Shown here piece by piece: positions 8,489-18,119 of a stretch of DNA of 64,000 nt (positions within the stretch are counted from its first letter, which is position 1; each line of letters opens with the position of its first letter). The notes below the pieces were generated by a model. It ran no database searches. It had not been told where the DNA came from and was given only the letters and a program-made list of their open reading frames with translations. Location: positions 62,001 through 126,000 of the IMG/VR virus record IMGVR_UViG_3300042922_000643. One strand, given 5' to 3'. A program made the position numbers and the translations under genes.

Positions 8489-9173
8489 GGTCAAGGCCCT
8501 CCATTGATAAAGAAGATTTACGCTCTTCTAGAATAAGTTCAGCATTTTTTATATATTTTTCAATATCAAAGGGCATTCTAGGGAATTCGTCTCCCACAGT
8601 TGAATCATCAATGGCGTATAGTAACGCATCAAGATCAGTCTGCCGAAGCATATGTTTAAACGCGCCTTTATCACGGTCACGATATCTACTATTATCGTTG
8701 CCTGTCATTCTATAGAAATAATCTACTAGATCATCTATAGTGAAAGATTCTTTAATCTCCAAAAAGAATTCCTCTTCATCATAAGAGGATCGGAATGTTC
8801 CATCAGGCAGTAGCTCTACAATGGGTGCAGGAGGTGCAACTTGAAGCGCAGGGTGGTGGTAGAATCGCAGAGGCTCAAGGATGTTCTCAGGATTCTTTTC
8901 GGGAAGTTTATTATGGATAATATTAATATTTAGAAAGTGAAAGATATCTTCCATCTTATATGCTTCTTTATAAGTCTCGCATCTGCGAATATACTCGCTA
9001 ATCATTTGAGACATAAGGGATACAGAATTGCCACTTTGCAACAATTGATCGAAGCTTTCCATAACGATCTTCTTATAATTTGCGGGGGCAGCAACCTTCT
9101 TCTGTGAATTCATGGGGTAGCCTTTTACTTCGGATAGAAATTTTACCGTTAATCCAATTGCATCGCTATTCAT
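8466..9173 (-). CDS. Hypothetical replication-module protein
   Basis: 235-aa ORF overlapping the primase start; no motif recognised. Confidence 0.75.
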   Translation of the reverse strand: MNSDAIGLTVKFLSEVKGYPMNSQKKVAAPANYKKIVMESFDQLLQSGNSVSLMSQMISEYIRRCETYKEAYKMEDIFHFLNINIIHNKLPEKNPENILEPLRFYHHPALQVAPPAPIVELLPDGTFRSSYDEEEFFLEIKESFTIDDLVDYFYRMTGNDNSRYRDRDKGAFKHMLRQTDLDALLYAIDDSTVGDEFPRMPFDIEKYIKNAELILEERKSSLSMEGLDHVIPRPR

Positions 9174-9222
9174 TCCTCGTCCTCTCCCTTATCCCGTTTC
9201 CTTGGTGCTTATAAGTTTAGAT

Positions 9223-9250
9223 AGAGAAGGGGGCCTAAGCCCCCATACTC
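9223..9250 (-). terminator. Hairpin or weak terminator after sak
   Basis: GGGG-rich stem around CTTAG followed by TTCTCT. Confidence 0.4.
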
Positions 9251-9254
9251 TTTA

Positions 9255-10151
9255 TTATGCTTCTGGAACTTTTTTTGTCAAGAAGATATTGAATGCAGAA
9301 ATGTTCTTCGGATTCAAATGTGTGTTTGTTGTTGCACTTTGATCATCGAGGAACTCACGAATGTACGGGTCGAGTTGAGCATTGGATGTTACTCCAAGAA
9401 TCTGCTTGAGCTCCTTCATGCGACTGATTTCTTTTTCGTCCCAAGCGCTATCTGTCTTCTTTTCAGTAGAAGCAGTTGTGGCAGCTTGAGTTTTCGCTGC
9501 TGGTGTTGCTGGGGAAGAGGCAGGCGGTGTGCTCGGCTTCGAGGTTGAAGGCTTAGCAGGCGCTTCCTTTTCCTTTTCATCATCATCTTCATATAGTTCA
9601 AGACCGACACCGAACAGTGTTGCACACTTTTTCAAAGCGTCTGTAGAAGCAGACTTGTAAGCTGTTTCCTGTTCCGATGCGCCACCGATAAGTACCTTGG
9701 AGCCATATTGCTCTTTGATACCATAGCCAGGGACGATCAGGCGGCCTGTAATTTTAACGACAGGTGGCTGTTCTTCGTAGACTTGATTGCCATCCTTATC
9801 TAGCTTGTTTACTTTTTTGTTGCTCACATATTCGGTTACTGCCTTTGGAAGCGATGGAACGACTTCTTCGCTTACAATTTCAAAGCTCCATTTGTAATTG
9901 AAGGCTTCGTTCAGCAAGCGGATAACTGTGTGGCCCCCAATATACGAAAGCGTCGTATTCCCTTGCTTGCGCTGCTTGATCAAACTCTTGTCCAGATCCC
10001 GCTCCAAAACTTCCTTGGCGTGCGCAAAGCTTTCTTCAGTTACCTCACTGTTACATACGTCCAGCGCCAGATACCCTGTAGGTTGGGAGTAAGAAGACAT
10101 TCCAGTCAACAACTCTCCTTGGATTGCGGTACTTCCTTGTAGCTCGCTCAT
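9255..10151 (-). CDS. sak: Rad52/Sak-family single-strand annealing recombinase
   Basis: IKQRK...LSYIGGHTVIRLLNEAFN..WSFEI, KEQYG, AYKSASTDALKKCATLFGVGLELY; Pro/Ala/Thr linker; ATG 10151 with GGAGG. Confidence 0.9.
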   Translation of the reverse strand: MSELQGSTAIQGELLTGMSSYSQPTGYLALDVCNSEVTEESFAHAKEVLERDLDKSLIKQRKQGNTTLSYIGGHTVIRLLNEAFNYKWSFEIVSEEVVPSLPKAVTEYVSNKKVNKLDKDGNQVYEEQPPVVKITGRLIVPGYGIKEQYGSKVLIGGASEQETAYKSASTDALKKCATLFGVGLELYEDDDEKEKEAPAKPSTSKPSTPPASSPATPAAKTQAATTASTEKKTDSAWDEKEISRMKELKQILGVTSNAQLDPYIREFLDDQSATTNTHLNPKNISAFNIFLTKKVPEA

Positions 10152-10206
10152 TTGTTTATTCCTCCATTTATTGGTTTGGAAGGGTAACTTCCCTTTCCAT
10201 GTCTTA

Positions 10207-10235
10207 ATTATACTATACGTTATGACAATTGTAAA
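10207..10235 (-). promoter_or_regulatory. Sigma-A-like promoter for the replication operon
   Basis: TTTACA-N17-TATAAT. Confidence 0.75.
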
Positions 10236-10238
10236 CAT

Positions 10239-10397
10239 CTATTTTTTATAGTATACGGTGTTTTCGTACTTCTCGATTAGGTCCTTAACTGCTTCTTCCA
10301 CGAAGGCGGATATTGGAATACGGCTCTTCTCAGAAAGCTCTCTGAGCTGCTGTATAGTTTCTTCTTCAAGGTAAGATGTGAAACGTTGCTTTGTCAT
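10239..10397 (-). CDS. Ribbon-helix-helix DNA-binding protein
   Basis: KQRFTSYLEEETIQQLRELSEKSRIPISAFVEEAVKDLIEKY; ATG 10397 with AAAGGAGG. Confidence 0.85.
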   Translation of the reverse strand: MTKQRFTSYLEEETIQQLRELSEKSRIPISAFVEEAVKDLIEKYENTVYYKK

Positions 10398-10418
10398 GAC
10401 TAACCCTCCTTTTCTTAT

Positions 10419-10447
10419 ATCATAACATGTATACATTTGTAAGTAAA
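10419..10447 (-). promoter_or_regulatory. Sigma-A-like promoter of the RHH gene with an internal palindrome
   Basis: TTTACT-N17-TATGAT with extended TG; ATGTATACAT palindrome in the spacer. Confidence 0.65.
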
Positions 10448-10449
10448 GC

Positions 10450-10471
10450 AAATAAAAAAGCCCCGAAGGGC
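10450..10471 (-). terminator. Terminator ending the late/lysis transcript
   Basis: GCCC-TTCG-GGGC followed by TTTTTTATTT. Confidence 0.85.
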
Positions 10472-11329
10472 TTACTTGCCTTGAATAAATTTCTGTACCT
10501 CTTCAATCACACTCAGTCCATATGCGTAACCTTTTTCGTAAGCCTCAGCGGTTCGGTCAAAATCAAGTGACCGTATCTCAGGTATCTTTGGATAAAGACA
10601 TAGATAGTCTTTAGAGTTGGCAAGCGCGTAGTCCATGTTCTGATCAATCATGATATCCCAGGCACGACCTAATAGGCTTATGATGCCATGTGTTTCTTCA
10701 TAGCTTCCTTGAGTGCTGATATTGATTGCCACAATTTTATCAGCGCCCATAATGTTAAGTAAATTAGCAGGGAGGTTGTTAACAATACTGCCGTCACCTA
10801 AACTATGCGACCCCCAATGAAGAGGCGGGAATATACCTTGTATAGCAGAAGAAGAGTAGATCATCTTACTCAAGCTGATTCCTTCGGAGTATGTAAGTAT
10901 CTGGCTGTGTTCAGGAAGCTTCGTATTCAGGTCCATTGAAGAGAAAATGACCTGTTTCCCTGCGTTCATATCTGAAGATACTATGCTTAAGGGGACTAGA
11001 ACATCCGTAATGGGATGATCAAAGTTCTGATCTAAAAAGCTTTTTAGTCTCTTTCCCTTCATAATACCTTCAAGATTTTTAAACCGCCAAGGAATCCCCG
11101 TGATGATCTTTAAATAGTTGATATCCAGCAGCTTATTATTGATTTGCTGGATTAAGTCGAGACATTCAGCATGGGAGAAGCCCATTGCCTTCGCAGACGA
11201 CACGATAGCTCCTGCACTTGTCCCTGCATACATATCAGCCACAATACCATGCTCTTCAAAAGAATGGAGGATACCAAGGTGTATTGCTCCCCTGGCTCCC
11301 CCACCTGATAGAGCTACTCCGAGTTTCAT
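10472..11329 (-). CDS. Patatin-like phospholipase
   Basis: ALSGGGARG, GTSAG (catalytic Ser), SSAIQGIFPP, DGS (DGG-like motif). Confidence 0.93.
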   Translation of the reverse strand: MKLGVALSGGGARGAIHLGILHSFEEHGIVADMYAGTSAGAIVSSAKAMGFSHAECLDLIQQINNKLLDINYLKIITGIPWRFKNLEGIMKGKRLKSFLDQNFDHPITDVLVPLSIVSSDMNAGKQVIFSSMDLNTKLPEHSQILTYSEGISLSKMIYSSSAIQGIFPPLHWGSHSLGDGSIVNNLPANLLNIMGADKIVAINISTQGSYEETHGIISLLGRAWDIMIDQNMDYALANSKDYLCLYPKIPEIRSLDFDRTAEAYEKGYAYGLSVIEEVQKFIQGK

Positions 11330-11334
11330 CGGAA

Positions 11335-11670
11335 TCACCCCTTCTGATTATAAAGCTCCTCAAGTCTTGGACCAATGAAACTACGGATCATACTTTCTGT
11401 CATCAGTTCTTTTTCGCCTTGAGTGAGAAATTCAGCGGCATCGATTTTGGACTTCACAAACTTGACAGCATAATCTTCAAGCTTGCCATAGCCCATAGCA
11501 TCAGCCTCGCGGATCTTAATCACTTCAGTGAACACTTCGGTAAGGATAGGACGTATCTTATCCCAAGGCAGTTCAGCGCCACTCTGACGGGCTTTAACAA
11601 CAAGAATACCAGCGGATGCGGCGGCCAATGTAATCACGACAGTTAGCACAACAATAGCAGCAATACTCAT
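11335..11670 (-). CDS. Single-TM membrane protein, LL-H-type holin-like
   Basis: N-terminal hydrophobic helix then a charged helical domain; lysis-cassette context. Confidence 0.55.
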   Translation of the reverse strand: MSIAAIVVLTVVITLAAASAGILVVKARQSGAELPWDKIRPILTEVFTEVIKIREADAMGYGKLEDYAVKFVKSKIDAAEFLTQGEKELMTESMIRSFIGPRLEELYNQKG

Positions 11671-12098
11671 TACTCTTCTCCTCCATGCTCAGTAGTGTCA
11701 GCAGAGATACCTGCTGCGGTATTAACACTTTGATCAATAGCCTCATCAATATGTTTATCGATCTTCATACCCAGTTGATTTAACTTCTGGCGAATAGATG
11801 CGTAGTACTTCAATATTACTGCTACACAAGCCAAACCTTGGAGAGCAACAAAGCCACCATTTACCGCAGGAATTCCCGTAGTTGCAATTACTAATGCTTG
11901 AGTAGCAATTAGAAAGATTGTGTACTGCAAGAGAGGATTAATAAAATCAGGCAGAAGGTGAAAGTCGATCTCTTTTGATCTAGCGGCAACAATAATAGAA
12001 AGTGCTAGATTGATCAGGATAAGCAGGGAGAGGCCTGCGATCATATAGACCACAGGCGAGTCACCTAGATATTGAGAGAGTAAAGCGGAAGTATCCAT
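11670..12098 (-). CDS. Holin (holin-4-like, 3 TM)
   Basis: Three hydrophobic segments; ASIRQKLNQLG C-terminal motif; next to the endolysin. Confidence 0.7.
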   Translation of the reverse strand: MDTSALLSQYLGDSPVVYMIAGLSLLILINLALSIIVAARSKEIDFHLLPDFINPLLQYTIFLIATQALVIATTGIPAVNGGFVALQGLACVAVILKYYASIRQKLNQLGMKIDKHIDEAIDQSVNTAAGISADTTEHGGEE

Positions 12099-12110
12099 AG
12101 GAGTTCCTCC

Positions 12111-12947
12111 TTAAAATTTCTCAGGATGTTTAGACGGCGTGTAGTAAACAGCAAGACTAGGGTTCTTGACAATGATAGTAGCATCTTTAGTAGTCTTGTA
12201 AAGATTGTCAGCCCAGGCAATTGCCAGATCAGCAGTAGTGAAGCCTGCCTTCTGTACTTCTTTCTGGAAGACTCTCCATACTTGAGGAGTGGACGGAGTC
12301 GCAGGAGCATTCAGAGCAGCTAGTTCTTTTGCTACAGCATCCTTATAAGCCTGCCAAGCAAGATCCTTGGTTGTGCTAAGATACTTCTTAGCGTAACTGT
12401 TGTCTGTGAAGAATCCTGGACACAGTTTGCCAGTAATGTCATAGTGACGATACATCTGATCTACAGTCAGTCCATGTTCTTTCAGAACCATAGCAGAAAC
12501 CTTTACTGCATTGGCATAAGCCTTTTTAAAGTCGCCGTCAGAATTGACACAGATTTCAAGACCAATCGTGCAATTGTTTGGATATGTACTGCCCAGCTTT
12601 TTAAGAATTCCAGACATGTATTCATCCGCCTCTGCACCAACGTGATAGGCCATCTCTGCTTTTCCCTTTTTCCAAGGAATATTTTCAGTCAGAGTACCAT
12701 CATCTACATTTAAATGTGCAGAAGCCTTTCGAAAAGATACAGGCTTTCCTTTGGCATTGTTATATATTTCGTAAATTTTGCTGGCAATCACGCGCCACTT
12801 ACGATTGAAATAGTTACGGTTAGCAACAGCATTAGAGCCTTTGCCTTCATTAGCTGTCCAGTGAACAACGTGTCCTGTTACCTTATTCATGAGAGTTCCA
12901 GGACGGTTTGGATGCTTAACATCCAGATACATCTGTTTAGTTTCCAT
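12111..12947 (-). CDS. Endolysin, N-acetylmuramoyl-L-alanine amidase (Amidase_2)
   Basis: VVHWTAN, ASAH, AYHVG, IGLEIC, RHYDITGKLCPG; small C-terminal domain after a Pro linker. Confidence 0.93.
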   Translation of the reverse strand: METKQMYLDVKHPNRPGTLMNKVTGHVVHWTANEGKGSNAVANRNYFNRKWRVIASKIYEIYNNAKGKPVSFRKASAHLNVDDGTLTENIPWKKGKAEMAYHVGAEADEYMSGILKKLGSTYPNNCTIGLEICVNSDGDFKKAYANAVKVSAMVLKEHGLTVDQMYRHYDITGKLCPGFFTDNSYAKKYLSTTKDLAWQAYKDAVAKELAALNAPATPSTPQVWRVFQKEVQKAGFTTADLAIAWADNLYKTTKDATIIVKNPSLAVYYTPSKHPEKF

Positions 12948-13527
12948 TGTTCTTATCTCCTTTTTCTTTTTTTCTTACACCATTCAGTAGATGAATTTGG
13001 CGTAAGTGCTTAATAAGCAAACTCATGAACACACAGCATACGGCAATCTCGATGATCGTTTGCTCCAAGCGAAGAGTCATCCATGTATCCCTGTAGGACA
13101 TGTCAAAAGGGATGGCGATAAGATTTTTAACGATGATAGAACAAAAGATTGCGCGGTATACATTGAACGGCGAGTATTTAAAAATCTTTTTAAAACTCTG
13201 ATAGAAGAAGACGATGCTAATAGCAAAGACTTCTCTTACGAAGAGCATAGAATATAAATTCCAATGATAGTAATGAGTGTCTAGATTATAGTGAGTTACT
13301 AGAGACCAAATTAGTGCTAGAGGAATAGCAACTCTATATCCTCCAATCATACAGGCGAACATAGTCGCCACGATTGTAATATCAATGGCCTTACTAGGAG
13401 AAAGTGGTACATATACCATATCTGAGAACCCAGCAAGAATTGCAATTAAACTGAATAGGCCCGAGATGAGTATAGAAAGATAACTTTTACGGCTGATTTG
13501 GATCTTCGTCATTAGCAGACTCTTCAT
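12937..13527 (-). CDS. Multi-pass membrane protein resembling an ECF transporter S-component
   Basis: About 190 aa with 5-6 TM; IDITIVATMFACMIGGYRVAIPLALIWSL resembles the PanT-type S-component helix pattern. Confidence 0.55.
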   Translation of the reverse strand: MKSLLMTKIQISRKSYLSILISGLFSLIAILAGFSDMVYVPLSPSKAIDITIVATMFACMIGGYRVAIPLALIWSLVTHYNLDTHYYHWNLYSMLFVREVFAISIVFFYQSFKKIFKYSPFNVYRAIFCSIIVKNLIAIPFDMSYRDTWMTLRLEQTIIEIAVCCVFMSLLIKHLRQIHLLNGVRKKEKGDKNNGN

Positions 13528-13945
13528 CGGTAGATCCTCCTTTGTTCTTTGTCAGACTAAGGTATAGGTTCCCCAAGGTTTCAGCGAGTTTGTTATGACC
13601 AAGCTTAGCCGTATTCTTTGTTGCCGACACAATTTCAAGTCCCACCAGAGCGATGATCAAAGACAATCGTGCAGTATCAGGCAGTCCAGTCACTCCGTCA
13701 AAAGCATGAAACATGGCGATCCATAGCACATAGGTAAAAACTTTGCCCCAGAATTTCTTCATTAGGGATGGCAACTTAAACTGTCCTTCTTTTCTAGCGA
13801 CCTGTCCTTCAAAAATGAGATCAATAAACATGGCGATAAATAGATAGGAGAGCTGATGGTTGAGCGGACCAATTGCAAAGATAACTGCGCCTTTAAGAAA
13901 TAAAAGCGGCTCTTGTTCGAAGAAACTTCTGTTCAATAGTAACAC
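13487..13945 (-). CDS. Holin, phage holin family 4 (toxin secretion/lysis)
   Basis: LFIAMFIDLI...ARKEG...KVFTY...HAFD...EIVSATKNTAKLG pattern. Confidence 0.8.
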   Translation of the reverse strand: MLLLNRSFFEQEPLLFLKGAVIFAIGPLNHQLSYLFIAMFIDLIFEGQVARKEGQFKLPSLMKKFWGKVFTYVLWIAMFHAFDGVTGLPDTARLSLIIALVGLEIVSATKNTAKLGHNKLAETLGNLYLSLTKNKGGSTDEESANDEDPNQP

Positions 13946-13966
13946 ACCCCTGTGCCGACTCCTCCC

Positions 13967-15217
13967 CTACAAGTCGTCCAAATTTTTGTAAGTATAATCA
14001 ATCTTGATATTTCTGATCGTAGGTATAATATCGCCCTGTTTCTTCAGTATCGTTTTGACATAAATCTTCTGGATGGGCGCAAGGATCTCGTTACCGAAAT
14101 CGAATTCGTTTGTCATGGCCTTGTTATAGTAGAGTTTATGCTCAACCAAATCATCGATAGATGATTCTGCACCCTGAGCCGCACTCACTGTAGGCGTCTC
14201 TATTGTAAAGAACCGTTTCTTTGTTCCTTCAATAGAAAACTCAGTGACGAATTCTGCCACATCACTATTATAGACGCGGTACTCCAAACCGATATCTTGA
14301 AACCCATAAACGAAGTCTCTCTTCCCCTGATTATAAAACCAGTATGGCTGGGTGAAGAAAATCTGTATCTCTGTAACTTCGATTTTAGGAAACGAGAACA
14401 TCAGCTTACCAGCATCTTTAATCGGGATAGGTTTATCATTGTTGTTTTGATCTTTCTCTATGGGGAAATTAGGTAACCTATACCACGTATCACCGTAACC
14501 TTTATACTGAATATCTGCAATAGTCATTGAGTATTCTGGATAGGGATGAAGTGTCAAAATATTGGCAAATATGTTATTTAACATAGTCAAAGGTAGTTTG
14601 ACATGGATAATACCGTATACCTCGCTTACATTACTTTCTTCTGCAAAACTAGAGGTATGTGCCCAGAAGGTATTATTGCTGCGATCTACTGCGCGAAGAA
14701 GCTTGACGTCTTCAGGCTTGTAGTAAGTAGGTAGTCCTGTTGTTTGGTCAATAGCTTGTGTGTTGTTAGATTCAGAGAGCGTTACAGCTAATGAGCTTGG
14801 CAAAATAACTTGCCCATCATCAGTTGTATATGAAAGTTTAGATAGGCGATCACTATCAGGTAGAGTTGCAATACCATACAAGGTATCAATCGTTGCGCCT
14901 AGCGATCCATTATTGATAATACCATCAAGGGTATACATCGATTTAATCAGATGCTGCTTTTGAAGACTTTGCTCTTTATAAAGCAGATCTGTTTTAATCT
15001 TCTCTAGCTGAGTAGTTAATGCGTTGATCTTGTTCTGCAAGAAGAAGTTCTCACGTACCAAGATATCCATGTTCTCAGCGATCTCCTGATCATGCTCGTT
15101 TGCGATATTAAATAGCGTGACTAGGTCCTGATGAAGATCATTTTGAAGTCGATTAAACTCCCGAGAACTAGACGGCCCTTTATGTAGGTTAGGGTTATTC
15201 TGAGATATAGGTTGCAT
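13967..15217 (-). CDS. Virion structural (baseplate-like) protein, paralogous family member
   Basis: N-terminal GPSSSREFN..DL..LF coiled coil, jelly-roll-like core, FVYGFQDI strand, C-terminal IPTIRNI. Confidence 0.7.
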   Translation of the reverse strand: MQPISQNNPNLHKGPSSSREFNRLQNDLHQDLVTLFNIANEHDQEIAENMDILVRENFFLQNKINALTTQLEKIKTDLLYKEQSLQKQHLIKSMYTLDGIINNGSLGATIDTLYGIATLPDSDRLSKLSYTTDDGQVILPSSLAVTLSESNNTQAIDQTTGLPTYYKPEDVKLLRAVDRSNNTFWAHTSSFAEESNVSEVYGIIHVKLPLTMLNNIFANILTLHPYPEYSMTIADIQYKGYGDTWYRLPNFPIEKDQNNNDKPIPIKDAGKLMFSFPKIEVTEIQIFFTQPYWFYNQGKRDFVYGFQDIGLEYRVYNSDVAEFVTEFSIEGTKKRFFTIETPTVSAAQGAESSIDDLVEHKLYYNKAMTNEFDFGNEILAPIQKIYVKTILKKQGDIIPTIRNIKIDYTYKNLDDL

Positions 15218-15229
15218 GACTTCTCTCCT

Positions 15230-16000
15230 TTATAGGTTATCGATAATATTCTGGATTTCTTCATCCAAAATATTGATCTGGGATTTGATAGAACTATTGA
15301 TTGGTTGTAGGTGATATGGATTTCTCTCAACATATGTTAAAGATATATCACTAAAATCAATCTTGACCTCAGGCAGGTTACTACCAGTAGTATATAGATC
15401 TATATTGATTGTGATATCTTCCTTATGAAGACAGGTGATATAAACTCCATAGTAGTCCCCATCATCAAGAACCTGTTCTACTAGAATACCTTCGCCCTGA
15501 TTTACATTACGACTACCAATAGTGAATCCTAGGGGCGAGCCTTGACTACCTGTGGCTTTCATCCGAAGATAAAGAATCTGTCCTTCCTGAACATTGATCG
15601 TTGTCTGTACACCAGAAGGACTCGATGTTCCAGGAGAGTAAAGGCTATAGCCTGTGCTTGTTGTGCCTTTGACACAGCCACCATAAACTACCCATCTACT
15701 ATCACTAAGCTTAATATCTGGTAGCACGGCTTCCCCCTGACGAAAGAGGTCCGCCGCGGTACTCGTACTAGATGTGATCGTCACTTTGTCACCACTGAAG
15801 TAAGCTGCAAAGTTATCCCTGATAAAATCGGTTTGGCCTCTAGTTAAAGAGAAAATGAATTCATCTCGGTCTATCCATTTCCCCAGCAATTTAATATCAT
15901 GCAGGGTTTCATTAACCGTATTCCCGTATTTGATTGTTTCTGTCGGCCCACGAAAGCGAGCGTTACTTCGAATCATCGAAGGCCGTTTTTTGTACTCCAT
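15230..16000 (-). CDS. Virion structural protein with CBM-like insert
   Basis: N-terminal RFRGPTET..HDI motif shared with the 13967-15217 protein. Confidence 0.65.
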   Translation of the reverse strand: MEYKKRPSMIRSNARFRGPTETIKYGNTVNETLHDIKLLGKWIDRDEFIFSLTRGQTDFIRDNFAAYFSGDKVTITSSTSTAADLFRQGEAVLPDIKLSDSRWVVYGGCVKGTTSTGYSLYSPGTSSPSGVQTTINVQEGQILYLRMKATGSQGSPLGFTIGSRNVNQGEGILVEQVLDDGDYYGVYITCLHKEDITINIDLYTTGSNLPEVKIDFSDISLTYVERNPYHLQPINSSIKSQINILDEEIQNIIDNL

Positions 16001-16014
16001 CTTTCATTCACCCC

Positions 16015-18105
16015 TTAGCTGAAACGTAGTCGATAGCTTTTAAGTTTTGGTGAGGCAACAGTAATATCATCATCTCTTGTCAGCACAGCTTTGAAAAGAA
16101 TTTCATCTTTAACGGTGCCATCTATGTAGTTGTAATAGAATTCGTACTCTAGCCCTGGCGTAGCATGATTGAGAATGACATAGGTTGAAGTATTAGACTC
16201 TAGTAGTGAGTACTTTGTATAGTCCGTATTGATCGTATTATATCTTAGATCAAACAGTGACACTTTCATAAGGGCCTTTGCCTGAGAATATACATTTGAA
16301 CCATAGGACTTTGGATCAAAAGATATATCAACTGTTGAGCCATTTACGGTGTTTACACTTTCCCTGGTGTATACAAGGACGACAATTTCGTTCCATCCAT
16401 TTTGAAACAGATAGTTCAGTCGGTTTGTACTGTTTGGAATCCCTTGGAACAAAAGCTTGCCATTCATATAGATCGCAATAGGATCAGTACTTGCAGGCAC
16501 AGCTGTTACAAGTTCGCTAGTCTTTGTTGAAAAGACTCCTAACGTGAACATGTAATTCATGGCTGTGGTTGTGCGCTCTTTATTTAGAACGACACCTGGT
16601 TTTCCGTCAGCAATCTGGACATAATCAATATTGACCTGATTCTGTGGTGCAACCCAGTCGCTCATGCTCGGGAGATGGCTTGCATGTCCACTATGTTGAT
16701 ATTCGTAATGTTTCATACCCCAAGTATTCTTTCCTGCAAATAGCTGTTCTGTGCCATCAATAATCTTTCTATTTGCAACTTCACCGATCTTATAAAAGCG
16801 TATTCCATGTGCATACAAACTTTCCATTTCATATTCGCCAATAGAGATGCTGGTGTCAATAGAGAAGGTGTTCGGGATGGATGTCGAAATATTCTTGAAG
16901 TCGATGATCTGATCATACTTTGGAAGCTCTCGATTCACTGGGGATAGGTCTTTCCACTCAGGTTCTCCAGTCTCCACAGGCAGTGCAATGTAATATTTGA
17001 TATCCGTTCCATTGGGAAGCTCTTCATCAACTAACAATGAGACTTTATCTATGGTGAAGTTCTTTGTGGAGTCTGGTTCAGCATCCAGGACTTTAGAGTA
17101 AAAATCAGAACTTGTAGAATAGATAAAGGTATAAAAGCTAATATTTTTAATCCCCATCAAATAGGAGTACTTAGTTTGGCTGACTCCATTTACTTCTGTG
17201 ATAGTTTCATTATCTGGTTCGTTCTTTGCCATCAAGAAGCGGATTCTGCTTACCTCCAGCATCGGAAAATCAAAAGTATATTCACTATAGACTTCGATAG
17301 CCTCTTCGTAATAAGGCAGTGGAAACCAATTCAGTCCGTCTGAAGTACCCTCTACACGGATAAAGGTTGGTTTAATAGACTGAAGAGATAACGTAATACG
17401 ATTGATTTGCTGCTTCTTCTCAAACACAACATGAAAGTAAGATGGTACGGCAATGCTCTCTGTTGTCAGGATTGTTGTTTGCCAAGTCGTGTTAGACTTA
17501 TCACTTAAGGCATCTTGCGTTGTACCACTGATCGTTTTCACTTCTGGAGTTGGAGAAATTAGCGGCGAAATTTCAAACGCTGTATAAGCCGCAGGAACAA
17601 TCTTCTTACTGGTTTTCTTTACGTCATTAAGTCGTACTTCATGATTCGAGATGTCTACATTCGCAGTTGTCTTTGTCAGATCAATAGAACTCATGTCCGC
17701 AAAAATATCATACACGCTATTCAGATATCCCGAGTTTCCATAAAGCAATATCAGTTCCTTCAGTTGATTCTCCAAAGAAAGTAACTGGTAATCCAGCTTG
17801 TCTTTCTCAACATCAAACTTATTAAAGTGTTTCAGTGATTTGTTCTGTTGATCTACGGCATTTTCATATAGTGTTTCTAAGTCTTCATAGGCTCGATCCA
17901 GAACATTATTATAGTCACCAGAACGTGCTGTACTTTTTGCGCGTACATTTTTGAATTCTAAAGATGGACCACTGAGGTTAGTCTTCTCTAGATATTGATT
18001 TACCTTCCAGATGAATTCCTTGGAGGAAGGGAGGTTCCCCTTTTGGAGTTCCTCCCGTAAGATTTTGTTTACGGCTTTGGCAAAGCGTCTTTCTCTAATA
18101 CTCAA
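16015..18105 (-). CDS. Virion structural (baseplate-like) protein, paralogous family member
   Basis: Coiled coil, DALSD..NTTW jelly-roll start, YLMGIKNI strand, C-terminal SPKLKSYRL. Confidence 0.7.
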   Translation of the reverse strand: MSIRERRFAKAVNKILREELQKGNLPSSKEFIWKVNQYLEKTNLSGPSLEFKNVRAKSTARSGDYNNVLDRAYEDLETLYENAVDQQNKSLKHFNKFDVEKDKLDYQLLSLENQLKELILLYGNSGYLNSVYDIFADMSSIDLTKTTANVDISNHEVRLNDVKKTSKKIVPAAYTAFEISPLISPTPEVKTISGTTQDALSDKSNTTWQTTILTTESIAVPSYFHVVFEKKQQINRITLSLQSIKPTFIRVEGTSDGLNWFPLPYYEEAIEVYSEYTFDFPMLEVSRIRFLMAKNEPDNETITEVNGVSQTKYSYLMGIKNISFYTFIYSTSSDFYSKVLDAEPDSTKNFTIDKVSLLVDEELPNGTDIKYYIALPVETGEPEWKDLSPVNRELPKYDQIIDFKNISTSIPNTFSIDTSISIGEYEMESLYAHGIRFYKIGEVANRKIIDGTEQLFAGKNTWGMKHYEYQHSGHASHLPSMSDWVAPQNQVNIDYVQIADGKPGVVLNKERTTTAMNYMFTLGVFSTKTSELVTAVPASTDPIAIYMNGKLLFQGIPNSTNRLNYLFQNGWNEIVVLVYTRESVNTVNGSTVDISFDPKSYGSNVYSQAKALMKVSLFDLRYNTINTDYTKYSLLESNTSTYVILNHATPGLEYEFYYNYIDGTVKDEILFKAVLTRDDDITVASPKLKSYRLRFS

Positions 18106-18119
18106 GCCTGTCGCCTCCC

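Noticed and set aside
10472-11329. Patatin as a CBASS (CapV-type) defence effector
   Set aside because: No cyclase or other CBASS gene nearby; it is coupled to lysis genes.
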